Source of the DNA: an uncultured virus (IMG/VR IMGVR_UViG_3300035668_000001)
Lineage: Duplodnaviria > Heunggongvirae > Uroviricota > Caudoviricetes
IMG/VR virus record: IMGVR_UViG_3300035668_000001
Length of the DNA stretch: 64,000 nucleotides
Direction: 5' to 3' (one strand)
The stretch's first letter is position 1; every line of letters starts with the position of its first letter. Shown here piece by piece: positions 29,331-37,679 of the stretch. The notes beneath the pieces were generated by a model. The model was not told where the DNA came from. It made no database searches and was given only the letters and a program-made list of their open reading frames with translations. Both the position numbers and the translations under genes were made by a program.

Positions 29331-30196
29331 CGACGTGGCGAAGAGGCGAGAAAGAGAGGGGGCAGCGGGCGGGGGCACACTGGCCGCCGCTGGCGGCACC
29401 CTGCGGCCGCGGGCCAACGGTGTGATCCTGGCGCACCGGGAGGGCTGAGGGGCGCCGTGCCGGTGGCCCGACCCGGCGGGTCACGGCCTTCCTGCCTACT
29501 CCGAAGCGCTCAATCCCGTGTGTACTATGCCCCGCCCGGCTAGGGGTCCCCCGAGCCCGCGGCCTGGCGGCCTTGCCTCGGGGCGATCCTATCCGACGTG
29601 TCAAGTGTCCACCGCATTGACCTCTCCGGTAAAGGGAGGAGTCTGCTCCCCGTCGCCCGATCCCCCGCCCCGTCACGCCACAGCCGCCGGAGCCCCGGGG
29701 AGCTCGCCGTGCCCGCCGCCTGGGGTGCCGGGGCAGCGTTCCGCAGCCCACGGCGGGGTGGGGTGCAGGGTGCCGCACCCTGTACGCTCATGGTGTGCCC
29801 GACTTCCGCGAGGTACCAGTCTGGAAACCCGACGCACCGGCCGGCACGTGCCGCCACTGCGGGGAGCGCTGCTATCCCGCGTTCAACTACCACGCCGCGT
29901 GTGAGGCCGCGTACGAAGAGAAGCGGGACTACCGCAAGCACACGCCTGGCCCGAAGCGGTGCATCGACGGGGGTCACGGCCTCGGCCCTTGCTCGAAGTT
30001 CCGGGTGGGGCCGATCGTCCCCCCCAGCGAGGACGACCTCGAGTCGGACCACGACACGGCCCTGGCCGCCGGGGGGTCACACCGCCGCACTTGCTGGCGA
30101 TGCCCCCGGCACCACCAGATCAAGACCACCACCGACACCCGGGCGCTCAACGCCCGCCAGGGGGCCCGCGCCGGGCGCGCGCCCGAGGAGGCACCG

Positions 30197-32191
30197 ATGG
30201 CACAGAGGAAGCGGACGCCCGCGATCGACTGGCGCGTGCTCACCGTCGGCGCGGCGCTGCTCGCGTGCGCCGGGATCGGGTACTGGAAAGGGCAGGGGTT
30301 CCTGATCGGCGTGCTCGGCGCGTGCGCGGTCCTCGGCGTGCTCGGGTACGTCGGCCGGATCCGCGTGCGCGCGTGCGACGCGGCGCTCGTGCGCGCGCAC
30401 GGCATCATCGGCGCGGAGATGCGCGTGCCCGCCGTCACCCTCGAGCTGCGCGCGCACGCGTGGGACTACATCGGCCCGTTCTTCGACCCGATCGCCCCGT
30501 TGCCCGTGCGCGCCAATTACGGCCCCGACTTCGCCGACGACAATCCGGCCGCGCGCGCGTCGGTCGAAAAGGCGCTCAGCCGGAAATTCGGTGTGCCGGT
30601 CGCCGGGGACTGGGACCCGCCCCGGGACACCGTCCTGTTCCATCGCGCACGCGGGCACGTCGGAACGTTGACCCCGCCGCCGGCGGGCGACGAGTTGGCG
30701 GCACCGGACCCCCAGCACGCGCGCATCGTCCAAACCCTCCACGCCGCCCTGAGGGAATTCGTCGGGCCGAAAGGGGACCTCTTCGTCACTGTCGTCGGCT
30801 CCGACAACGACGGCGCACCGGATCGGCTTCGCGTCGCCTACCCGGCGGGATTCAAGGACCACATCGACGACAAGCGGGCGGAGTTCTTGGACATCGCCAA
30901 CTCCAAGCTCGACGGCCGGTGGGCCGCGGTCTCGTGGAACACGCGGGACAACGTCGTAGACCTCTCCCGCAGGCCGGACATGCCGACGTTCATCCCTCAC
31001 CCCGGCTTCGCGCCCGGTCGCCCCTGGCACAGGCTGTCCCTCGGTCCCGACGGGCACGGAAAGGAGCGGGGGCTCGACGTCACCATCGTCCCGCACACCC
31101 TCGTCACCGGCACCACTCTGTCCGGGAAGACGGCGACGATGCGGGCACTCGCGTGTGCTGTCACCGCGGGTAGAGCCGAGGCGACACTCGTGGACCCGAA
31201 GCGGGTCGAGTTCCAGGGCTTCCGCAACTGGCCAGGGGTGCGCGTGGTCGCTTCCAACCCGTCGGACATGATCGAGGCCATCGACGGGGTATGGAAGGAG
31301 ATGGATCGCCGCTACCGCGAATTCGACAACAGGCAGGTCCCACTGTCCTCCCACACCCCCTGGTTCCTCATCGTCGACGAGTTCGAGGAGTTGGTCAGCC
31401 TCCTCAACGGCATGCACTACGGGAAGGGCACCACCCACCCGACGATCCGGAATGCGCACAGCATCGCCCGCCTCGGCCGCCTCGCCCTCGTGTACCTCGT
31501 CGTCGGAACCCAGCGAGCGGACGCCGACTGGTTCAAAGGCGCGTTCCGGGACAACCTCCAGAACCGGATCGGCGTCGGACCCCTCGGTCGGGACGCCGCC
31601 CGCATGGCGTTCGACGACTCGTCTGTCGGGCGTGACGTCCCGGCTAACACCAAAGGCCGGGAAAATGTGCTGAACGGGGAGTCGCGGGACGCGTTCGAGG
31701 TCCAGAACTATTGGGTGCCGCGGCCTGGCGACGAAGACAACACGGCGTCTGACATCGCGATCCTCGACCGGCTGCGTGCCGCCGCGGCAGCGGCCCACCC
31801 CGGCTGGGGCGGGAAGCCGGACATCGTGGAACTTGACCCGGAACCGGAGCTGGAACCGGCCGAAGTCCGGGAAAAGCTGTCCCCTCCCCCACGGCCTGTG
31901 CTCCGCGAGCCGCGGCGGGCACTGACCGTCGTCCCGGGATCCGGCGGCGACGAAGACGAAGACGACGACGATGACCCGGACGCGGCGGGCATTCTTGGGT
32001 CTGTCCGCGCCGCCGAACTCGCCCCGCAGGACAGGATCATCCTCGGTGACGACGGACGTGAGCGGGTCATCGACCACATCCGCACCGCCGACGATCCCGA
32101 CTTCGTGGTCATCACCTGGCATCGGCCGCGGCTGCGGCGCGAGCCGCCGGTGACGGTCGCTGCCGAAAAGATGTTCCTCAGAGCCCCTTGA
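30197..32191 (+). CDS. FtsK/SpoIIIE-family ATPase (TraB/TcpA-like translocase or coupling protein)
   Basis: GAGGAGG RBS; 2 N-terminal TMs; HTLVTGTTLSGKT, VDPKRVEF, EMDRRY, LIVDEFEE, GTQR; frame is open upstream to 29795. Confidence 0.85.
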   Translation: MAQRKRTPAIDWRVLTVGAALLACAGIGYWKGQGFLIGVLGACAVLGVLGYVGRIRVRACDAALVRAHGIIGAEMRVPAVTLELRAHAWDYIGPFFDPIAPLPVRANYGPDFADDNPAARASVEKALSRKFGVPVAGDWDPPRDTVLFHRARGHVGTLTPPPAGDELAAPDPQHARIVQTLHAALREFVGPKGDLFVTVVGSDNDGAPDRLRVAYPAGFKDHIDDKRAEFLDIANSKLDGRWAAVSWNTRDNVVDLSRRPDMPTFIPHPGFAPGRPWHRLSLGPDGHGKERGLDVTIVPHTLVTGTTLSGKTATMRALACAVTAGRAEATLVDPKRVEFQGFRNWPGVRVVASNPSDMIEAIDGVWKEMDRRYREFDNRQVPLSSHTPWFLIVDEFEELVSLLNGMHYGKGTTHPTIRNAHSIARLGRLALVYLVVGTQRADADWFKGAFRDNLQNRIGVGPLGRDAARMAFDDSSVGRDVPANTKGRENVLNGESRDAFEVQNYWVPRPGDEDNTASDIAILDRLRAAAAAAHPGWGGKPDIVELDPEPELEPAEVREKLSPPPRPVLREPRRALTVVPGSGGDEDEDDDDDPDAAGILGSVRAAELAPQDRIILGDDGRERVIDHIRTADDPDFVVITWHRPRLRREPPVTVAAEKMFLRAP

Positions 32192-32470
32192 GGGTGGCTT
32201 CGCGACCTGGGGACAGGATGGGTTTACGGTCGAGGCGTGGCGGGTGAGCGACCCCGGCACCGAGTACCCGATCCGAACAGGAGGCTTTCCTTCCGCCGTC
32301 CCGCTCGATGAACCCACCGCAAGACGCCCGTCTCCGAAGCCGCCTGACCCCCGCGGCTGACCCCCTCCGGAGACGGGCGTCGTGCTGTCGGGACTGGCCA
32401 CTTCCGCGCGGGGCCGCGAAGTCTCTGTTGCCGTCGAAACCTGGCCGACCGAGACCCCTTCCCCGGTGTA

Positions 32471-32516
32471 TAAACCCCGTGTACACTTCGAGTGAAGGCG
32501 GAACAGCGACACCGCC
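32471..32516 (+). promoter_or_regulatory. Conserved promoter + AGCGAC hairpin
   Basis: TAAACCCCGTG-TACACT; GGCGG-aacAGCGACa-CCGCC. Confidence 0.75.
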
Positions 32517-32540
32517 ACCGCGCCGATCGAGGAGGACACG

Positions 32541-32879
32541 ATGGCCGCAGCAGACGTCACCGAGCGGGTCGAGTGGAGCCGGGACGAGGCCATCGCCGCG
32601 ATCCGCAAGGCGCTGCGCGCCCGCAGCGGGCTGACGTGGAGCGTCACCGGCGGCCGCGGCACCGGTTGGGGCTGGATCACCATCACCGCCCCGCCGGCGC
32701 GCCGCACCGCTCACGGCGACATGACCGACGACGATGCCAGGCAGCTCCACGCGATGCTCGGACTGCCCAACCGGTCGCGGCAGTTCGTGTTGGTGCCCGC
32801 CAGTGCGGCGCACCGCCGGGAGTACGTGGCCCGCGCCGAAGGCCTCCCCGTCACCGCGACGCCCGCGTACTGGGACTGA
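32541..32879 (+). CDS. Hypothetical protein
   Basis: GAGGAGG RBS. Confidence 0.7.
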   Translation: MAAADVTERVEWSRDEAIAAIRKALRARSGLTWSVTGGRGTGWGWITITAPPARRTAHGDMTDDDARQLHAMLGLPNRSRQFVLVPASAAHRREYVARAEGLPVTATPAYWD

Positions 32880-32891
32880 TCCTTCTCCGAG

Positions 32892-32919
32892 CGCCCGCCT
32901 CCCCCACCGGAGGCGGGCG
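32892..32919 (+). terminator. Hairpin terminator
   Basis: CGCCCGCCTCC/GGAGGCGGGCG 11-bp IR after stop. Confidence 0.6.
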
Positions 32920-32965
32920 TCGCACTGTCGGGAAGCCGACTCCCCTGGGCGGTCGACTCTCGCAG

Positions 32966-33006
32966 TAAACCCCCTGTATGCTCAGGGGTGTCGGAAGCGA
33001 CCCGGC
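32966..33006 (+). promoter_or_regulatory. Conserved promoter + AGCGAC hairpin
   Basis: TAAACCCCCTG-TATGCT; GTCGG-aAGCGAC-CCGGC. Confidence 0.75.
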
Positions 33007-33052
33007 GAACCCGAAGGGCCGACCGGTGACCTACTCACCCAGGAGCGTTCCC

Positions 33053-33244
33053 ATGTTCACCTCCACTTCCACCAAACCGCTGCGCATCCGCCTCCTGCGC
33101 TTCCTGCTGCGGCACAGCGGAATCCAGATGTACGTCATCGGCGTCCCCGGCTACGCCTGGTCCGGCGACCGCGATGACGAGCCCAAGGCCTACTACGCGG
33201 AGTGGCTCCACGAGATCCCCGCCGACTACGACGCTGCCGCGTAA
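33053..33244 (+). CDS. Hypothetical protein
   Basis: AGGAG RBS downstream of promoter motif. Confidence 0.65.
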   Translation: MFTSTSTKPLRIRLLRFLLRHSGIQMYVIGVPGYAWSGDRDDEPKAYYAEWLHEIPADYDAAA

Positions 33245-33263
33245 AGAGGGCGCCCCGGACGCC

Positions 33264-33316
33264 TTGACTGGCCACTAAACCCCATGTACATTAAGGGTGT
33301 TGGGAGCGACACCAAC
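33264..33316 (+). promoter_or_regulatory. Conserved promoter + AGCGAC hairpin
   Basis: TTGACT-N17-TACATT with TAAACCCCATG; GTTGG-gAGCGACa-CCAAC. Confidence 0.85.
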
Positions 33317-33336
33317 CACGGCCCGGGGAGCAGACG

Positions 33337-33894
33337 ATGACCACCACGACGCAGACGATGACCGACCTCGAGCTCGGATACGAGATGCGGCGCACGCAGG
33401 ACCCGGCCGTACTCGCCGAGGTCCGGCGCCGCGGCTACGTCCTCGACGCTGCCGACACGGTCGTCGGCGCGCAGGTCCAGTCCGGTGAGCGGGTCGGTAC
33501 TGTCACCGAGATCCACGCCGACGGCGGTGTGACCGTCGACTGGGACACCACGGACGTCCCCGGGTGCCCCGGTAACCGCTACACCCGCTTCCTCGACCTC
33601 ACCGGCGGCGTGCTCAAGAACGCCCCGGCGCCCCGGCCCGTGGTCGAGCCGGCGATCGACTGGGACGCAGTCCTCCCCCGGATCAGCAAGCGGGTCCGCA
33701 TCGCCCCCATCCACATCTTCGCCGCCTCCGACCCGACCGACGTCGACGTCGACGAGGTGCCCGTGGTCGACTACGACAAGCAAGGCGAAGAGTGGGCGCG
33801 GACACAGGCTGCGACCCTCGTCGGCAACGGCACCGTCGGCCGACTCTTGCGCACCGAGACGCTGCGCTACCGCCCGTTCGTGCAGAACCGGTAG
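33337..33894 (+). CDS. Hypothetical protein
   Basis: GGGGAG RBS. Confidence 0.65.
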   Translation: MTTTTQTMTDLELGYEMRRTQDPAVLAEVRRRGYVLDAADTVVGAQVQSGERVGTVTEIHADGGVTVDWDTTDVPGCPGNRYTRFLDLTGGVLKNAPAPRPVVEPAIDWDAVLPRISKRVRIAPIHIFAASDPTDVDVDEVPVVDYDKQGEEWARTQAATLVGNGTVGRLLRTETLRYRPFVQNR

Positions 33895-33896
33895 GG

Positions 33897-34244
33897 ATGA
33901 CGACCATGAACGCGGACCCGCGCACCCTCGGCGCCGACGGATGCGTCGTCGGCTACGACCACCTGCCCAGATTCGCCCGCCCGTCCGTCGGTGGACTCAG
34001 CTCCACTGTCCAGCGTGGCGATGAGGTCGGCGTCGTCGTCGGCCTCGACACCGTCCCCGGCTCCCGCCGCGACTTGCTCCTGTGGGTCGTGTGGGGCATC
34101 CGCCCGGCACGGTCCGGGCGCGCCCCGGGCCAGACCATCCGCGCCACGATGATGCGCCGCTACCAGCTCGGCCAGGCCGAGGTCGACAAGGTTCCGGCCG
34201 TCGGCCTGATCGCCCTCGACGCGCACCTCCCCGACCACAACTGA
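33897..34244 (+). CDS. Hypothetical protein
   Basis: ATG 2 nt after upstream stop. Confidence 0.55.
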   Translation: MTTMNADPRTLGADGCVVGYDHLPRFARPSVGGLSSTVQRGDEVGVVVGLDTVPGSRRDLLLWVVWGIRPARSGRAPGQTIRATMMRRYQLGQAEVDKVPAVGLIALDAHLPDHN

Positions 34245-34302
34245 TCCCGATCGGCGCCACGGGGGAGCGACCCCCGGTGCCCAACCCGAGAGAGAAGCGA
34301 TC

Positions 34303-34893
34303 ATGAAGAAGCTCCCCGGCCTCGCCGGACAGATCCAGGCCATGCTCGAGCAGATGCCCGCTCGCGCGCTCGCGTTCCTCGAGAGCCCGATCCGGCGGGT
34401 CCCCGCCGGCCGCGACGCGAGCGCCGCGCGGGACAGGTACTTCGACCTCGAACGGGAGTACCGGCGGCCACAGTGGGTCCTCGCCGTGAGCTCCCTGCCG
34501 GGCGATCGGGCGGACGCCCTTCGCCTCATGTTCGAGCTGCAACAGGAGCAGGCCGATCTGCACCGGACCGCGTTCGGGCCCGACCCGATCCCGTGGGAGG
34601 ACGGCCGGGACCTGGCCGATTCGCACGCCCTGAGCGCGCACCTGCTGTACCTGGCGTGGCAGGCGGAGGTCGCTCTTGTCGACCACGTCGAGACCGACTG
34701 GGCGCGGCTCGGCAAGGTCGAGTTCGCTGCGGTGTCGGCGGCGGCAGCGCCGGTGCTGGCCCGCCTGTACCGGGACCGGCCGGTCGACCGGCTGGCGCGG
34801 TACGAAGACCTGTGGCAGGCCGTGGTCGACCTGGTCGGCGGGCAGGCCGCCGAGGTGGTCGCGTGCCTCCCGGCGCCGGATGTGGTCGCCTGA
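34303..34893 (+). CDS. Hypothetical protein
   Basis: Helical ORF; AGCGAC hairpin at 34260-34276 upstream. Confidence 0.65.
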   Translation: MKKLPGLAGQIQAMLEQMPARALAFLESPIRRVPAGRDASAARDRYFDLEREYRRPQWVLAVSSLPGDRADALRLMFELQQEQADLHRTAFGPDPIPWEDGRDLADSHALSAHLLYLAWQAEVALVDHVETDWARLGKVEFAAVSAAAAPVLARLYRDRPVDRLARYEDLWQAVVDLVGGQAAEVVACLPAPDVVA

Positions 34894-34908
34894 CCGAAAT
34901 TTCACACC

Positions 34909-34964
34909 GCCGACGTGTCTACCTCCCTAGACACGTCGGCGTTGTGTCTAGTAGGCTAGACACA
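34909..34964. promoter_or_regulatory. Tandem palindromic operators GTGTCTA-N6-TAGACAC
   Basis: Copies at 34915-34934 and 34944-34963, upstream of an HTH gene. Confidence 0.75.
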
Positions 34965-34996
34965 CCAGCAAGACAGGCACTCAAGGGAGCCCAGCC

Positions 34997-35356
34997 ATGA
35001 CCACCACCATCAAGGACGCAGCCGACCAGCTCGACGTCACCGAGGAGACCATCGTCACCCTTGCCGGCCTGTTCTCCGACGACCCTGACCTGTACGACGG
35101 GGAGGCGATCACCGACCTGGGCATGGACGTCATCCGGTCGCAGGTCACCGGTAGTGCCACGGCCGAGACGTTTCTCGCCGACGTCGCCGAGGCCACCGAG
35201 GTCCGCAACCGCGCCCTCGCCGTTACCGCCGAGGCCACCGAGGCGTGGCATACGAAGATCCGGGCCGCCGTCGCTCACGGCTGCGTGCGCACCGAGGTCG
35301 CCGATCGTGCCGGGATCCACCGCTCGCGGCTGTACCAGGTCTTGAACGGGGTCTGA
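34997..35356 (+). CDS. HTH DNA-binding protein
   Basis: AAGGGAG RBS; C-terminal RTEVADRAGIHRSRLYQVL. Confidence 0.7.
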   Translation: MTTTIKDAADQLDVTEETIVTLAGLFSDDPDLYDGEAITDLGMDVIRSQVTGSATAETFLADVAEATEVRNRALAVTAEATEAWHTKIRAAVAHGCVRTEVADRAGIHRSRLYQVLNGV

Positions 35357-35376
35357 CCAGAGCCTTCCCGGTCCGA

Positions 35377-35409
35377 AGGACCCCCCGCCCACGACGGCCG
35401 GGGGGTCCT
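35377..35409 (+). terminator. Hairpin terminator
   Basis: AGGACCCCCCG/CGGGGGGTCCT 11-bp IR. Confidence 0.6.
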
Positions 35410-35511
35410 CCCGCGTGTATGAAGCCCCCGGTGCGACGGGGGGCGCAAGGGGGCTCGGCCAGCCGTCGGCATACGCAACCTGGCCCCGCCCCGAAACACT
35501 TCCCCAGCCGC

Positions 35512-35528
35512 TAAACCCCATGTACACT
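35512..35528 (+). promoter_or_regulatory. Conserved promoter; probable leaderless transcript
   Basis: TAAACCCCATG-TACACT, ATG 6 nt later, no RBS. Confidence 0.75.
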
Positions 35529-35534
35529 TTGGTT

Positions 35535-36011
35535 ATGACCACAACGACGGAGCACACCGAGAGCCCCACCTACACGGTCCGCAACTACAAAGGCCACGAC
35601 ACCAACGACGGCGTCGCATTCGCCGTCGACATCCACAAGGACGGCACGTTCGTCGGCACCGCCGAGAACGACGGCTGCGGCGGCTGCAACCGGTACCGGT
35701 TCCGCAGCCGCGACGAGCAGGTGGCGTTCGTCGCCTACGCGAAGGCGCACGTCGACCCCGGCGTCACGTTCGAGCACGACGATTGGTATCTCGAGAGCCT
35801 CATCGCCCCGGCCAATCGGGCGGCGGAACTGAACCGCAAGCGGTGCGTCGTGTTCGTGCTCGAGGAGGACTACTTCGACGCCACGGGCGCGTACCGCACC
35901 TTCCCGGCCAAGGTGACCCGCGAGAGGGCGACCGCCGAACTCCGCACCCGCTACGCCGACAAGCACCCGAAGATCTGGGACAAGGCCACCAGCACGTTCG
36001 TCACCGTCTGA
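35535..36011 (+). CDS. Hypothetical protein
   Basis: ENDGCGGC motif; high GC3. Confidence 0.7.
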   Translation: MTTTTEHTESPTYTVRNYKGHDTNDGVAFAVDIHKDGTFVGTAENDGCGGCNRYRFRSRDEQVAFVAYAKAHVDPGVTFEHDDWYLESLIAPANRAAELNRKRCVVFVLEEDYFDATGAYRTFPAKVTRERATAELRTRYADKHPKIWDKATSTFVTV

Positions 36012-36023
36012 CCCCCCCCGTCA

Positions 36024-36041
36024 GCCGAGAGCGACCTCGGC
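36024..36041 (+). promoter_or_regulatory. AGCGAC-loop hairpin
   Basis: GCCGAG-AGCGAC-CTCGGC in a 54-bp intergenic gap. Confidence 0.7.
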
Positions 36042-36065
36042 CCGACCCGACAAGAGGCGCCCGAC

Positions 36066-36920
36066 ATGAGGGGCAACACGCACTTCATCACAGGGGTCAC
36101 CCTGTGGCTCGCCGCCACCCCCGCGGTCGACCTTGTCCACCGGCAGACACCGGCAGAGGTCGTCCTCTACGCGGTCGCGCTCGGCGGCACGGCGATGGTG
36201 TCCGACCTGGATCACCAGTCGTCGACGATCGCCTACACGTTCGGGTGGCGCACGTCCCGCCTGTGGCCGACCCGGCTCCGCTGGATGTCCGGGGGACCGA
36301 CCCGCATCTTGGCCCGCCTCGTCGGCCGGATCTTCGCCGGGCCCCGGAACGCGAAAGGGACCCGGCCCGGGCACCGATGGGGCACGCACTCGCTCCCGTT
36401 CGCGGTCGGCCTCGGCTTCCTCGTCCAGCTCGGCGTAGTCGCCGGGGCCGGGTGGACGGCCGCCGCCGCGGTCCTCGCCCTCGGCTTGGGTCTTGCCACG
36501 GTGGGGGAGAGGTGGGTCCCGAAGAAGCTGGGGGAGGGATGGGTGTCCTCCGCCGCCGTGTTCTGCATCGCCTGGGTGGCCGCGGTCCAGATCGGCTCGG
36601 CGTACGGCGTCGACTGGCGGTTCATCGGCCTCGTGTACGGCCTCGGGGTCATCGCCCACTGCCTCGGCGACTGGTGCACCCCGGAAGGGGTGCCGTGGTT
36701 CTGGCCGTTCAGCATGCGCCGGTTCGTGCTCGCCGAGGTCACGTTCACGTTCCGCGGCAAAGAACGGACCCTCAACTTGGCCTCCACCGGCGGGAAGCGG
36801 GAGACGGTGATCGCCGTGCTCCTGTCCATCACCGCAACCCTGCTCGCGGTCTGGCGCCTCGACTTGGGGCCGTCCGCCGAGTACCTGATCGCCGCGCTCG
36901 AATCCTTCGGCCGCGGCTAG
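36066..36920 (+). CDS. Membrane-bound metal-dependent hydrolase (YdjM family)
   Basis: GNTH, SDLDH, HRWGTHSL, HCLGDWCTPEGVPWFWP. Confidence 0.85.
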   Translation: MRGNTHFITGVTLWLAATPAVDLVHRQTPAEVVLYAVALGGTAMVSDLDHQSSTIAYTFGWRTSRLWPTRLRWMSGGPTRILARLVGRIFAGPRNAKGTRPGHRWGTHSLPFAVGLGFLVQLGVVAGAGWTAAAAVLALGLGLATVGERWVPKKLGEGWVSSAAVFCIAWVAAVQIGSAYGVDWRFIGLVYGLGVIAHCLGDWCTPEGVPWFWPFSMRRFVLAEVTFTFRGKERTLNLASTGGKRETVIAVLLSITATLLAVWRLDLGPSAEYLIAALESFGRG

Positions 36921-37044
36921 CCCTCAACGACCCCGTGACGCAAGTGGGGTCCGCCGCGCACACTCACGCGCGGTGGCCCCGAACCGCGCGCGACGGGCCG
37001 CCGCGCCACAATCCCGGCCCGGCCGGCGTGGGGGGAGTGACGCA

Positions 37045-37145
37045 GGGGGTGGGGGGCGGCGACCAGTCCTGGTGGTTGCCCGGGGGGACACCCTGGGTGG
37101 CGGGTTCGATCCCCGCATCGTGTCCGGGCGCCGCCCCCCACCCCC
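37045..37145 (+). ncRNA. tRNA-like structured element closed by a 17-bp stem
   Basis: GGGGGTGGGGGGCGGCG/CGCCGCCCCCCACCCCC IR enclosing a D-arm-like hairpin and T-arm GCGGG-TTCGATC-CCCGC; no canonical acceptor stem. Confidence 0.45.
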
Positions 37146-37179
37146 GAACGCGCGCGCACGGGACCCCCGGGAGGCGCGC

Positions 37180-37623
37180 ATGCGCGAGAGCACCGACCAC
37201 ATCCTCGACGCGATCGACCACGCGATCGGGGATTACGACACGTCCGGCGACGCGATGCGGTGGACGCCGCGCACCGAGCCGCCGACGGCAAACGCCCGCG
37301 TGGAGAGCCGAGCAGTGCTCGATCGTCCGTACGGGATCCGGCTCGGCGCCGACATCGCGTCCGACGGCGGGCTCGTGGTGGCCATGGTGTTCGACCACGC
37401 CGTTGCGTTTGCGTTGTTCGCCGAGCACGCGCGCACCGGGGGACTGTCCCACGCGAGTCTCGCGGGGGCGTGCGCGCGGGCCCAACGCGCGCTCACTGAC
37501 GTCGGGGCACATTTGACGTGTCCCGACGGGCGAGACGAAGTGATCGCGCGCGCACGCGCGCGGCGGGGGACTGGCCCACCTGTCCAACCGTTCCTGGCGA
37601 CCGGGCGCCGCCGGCGCCGCTGA
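37180..37623 (+). CDS. Hypothetical protein
   Basis: GGGAGG RBS. Confidence 0.55.
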   Translation: MRESTDHILDAIDHAIGDYDTSGDAMRWTPRTEPPTANARVESRAVLDRPYGIRLGADIASDGGLVVAMVFDHAVAFALFAEHARTGGLSHASLAGACARAQRALTDVGAHLTCPDGRDEVIARARARRGTGPPVQPFLATGRRRRR

Positions 37624-37679
37624 AATCCGGGCCGGTTGCCCCGAGACGCAAAGAGTGGCCGGTCTTTACGTTCCGGACC

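Noticed and set aside
29511..29530. CAATCCCGTGTGTACTAT as another copy of the conserved promoter
   Set aside because: Spacing and sequence deviate from the consensus and no hairpin follows; may still be an ordinary promoter
20542..32707. Long minus-strand ORFs (20542-22485, 22446-24575, 24907-26697, 30077-32707)
   Set aside because: Antisense shadows of motif-bearing plus-strand genes, expected in high-GC DNA
37045..37145. Canonical tRNA-Val(GAC) gene
   Set aside because: No 7-bp acceptor stem adjoining the T-arm, no U8 or U33, no CCA; kept only as a tRNA-like element
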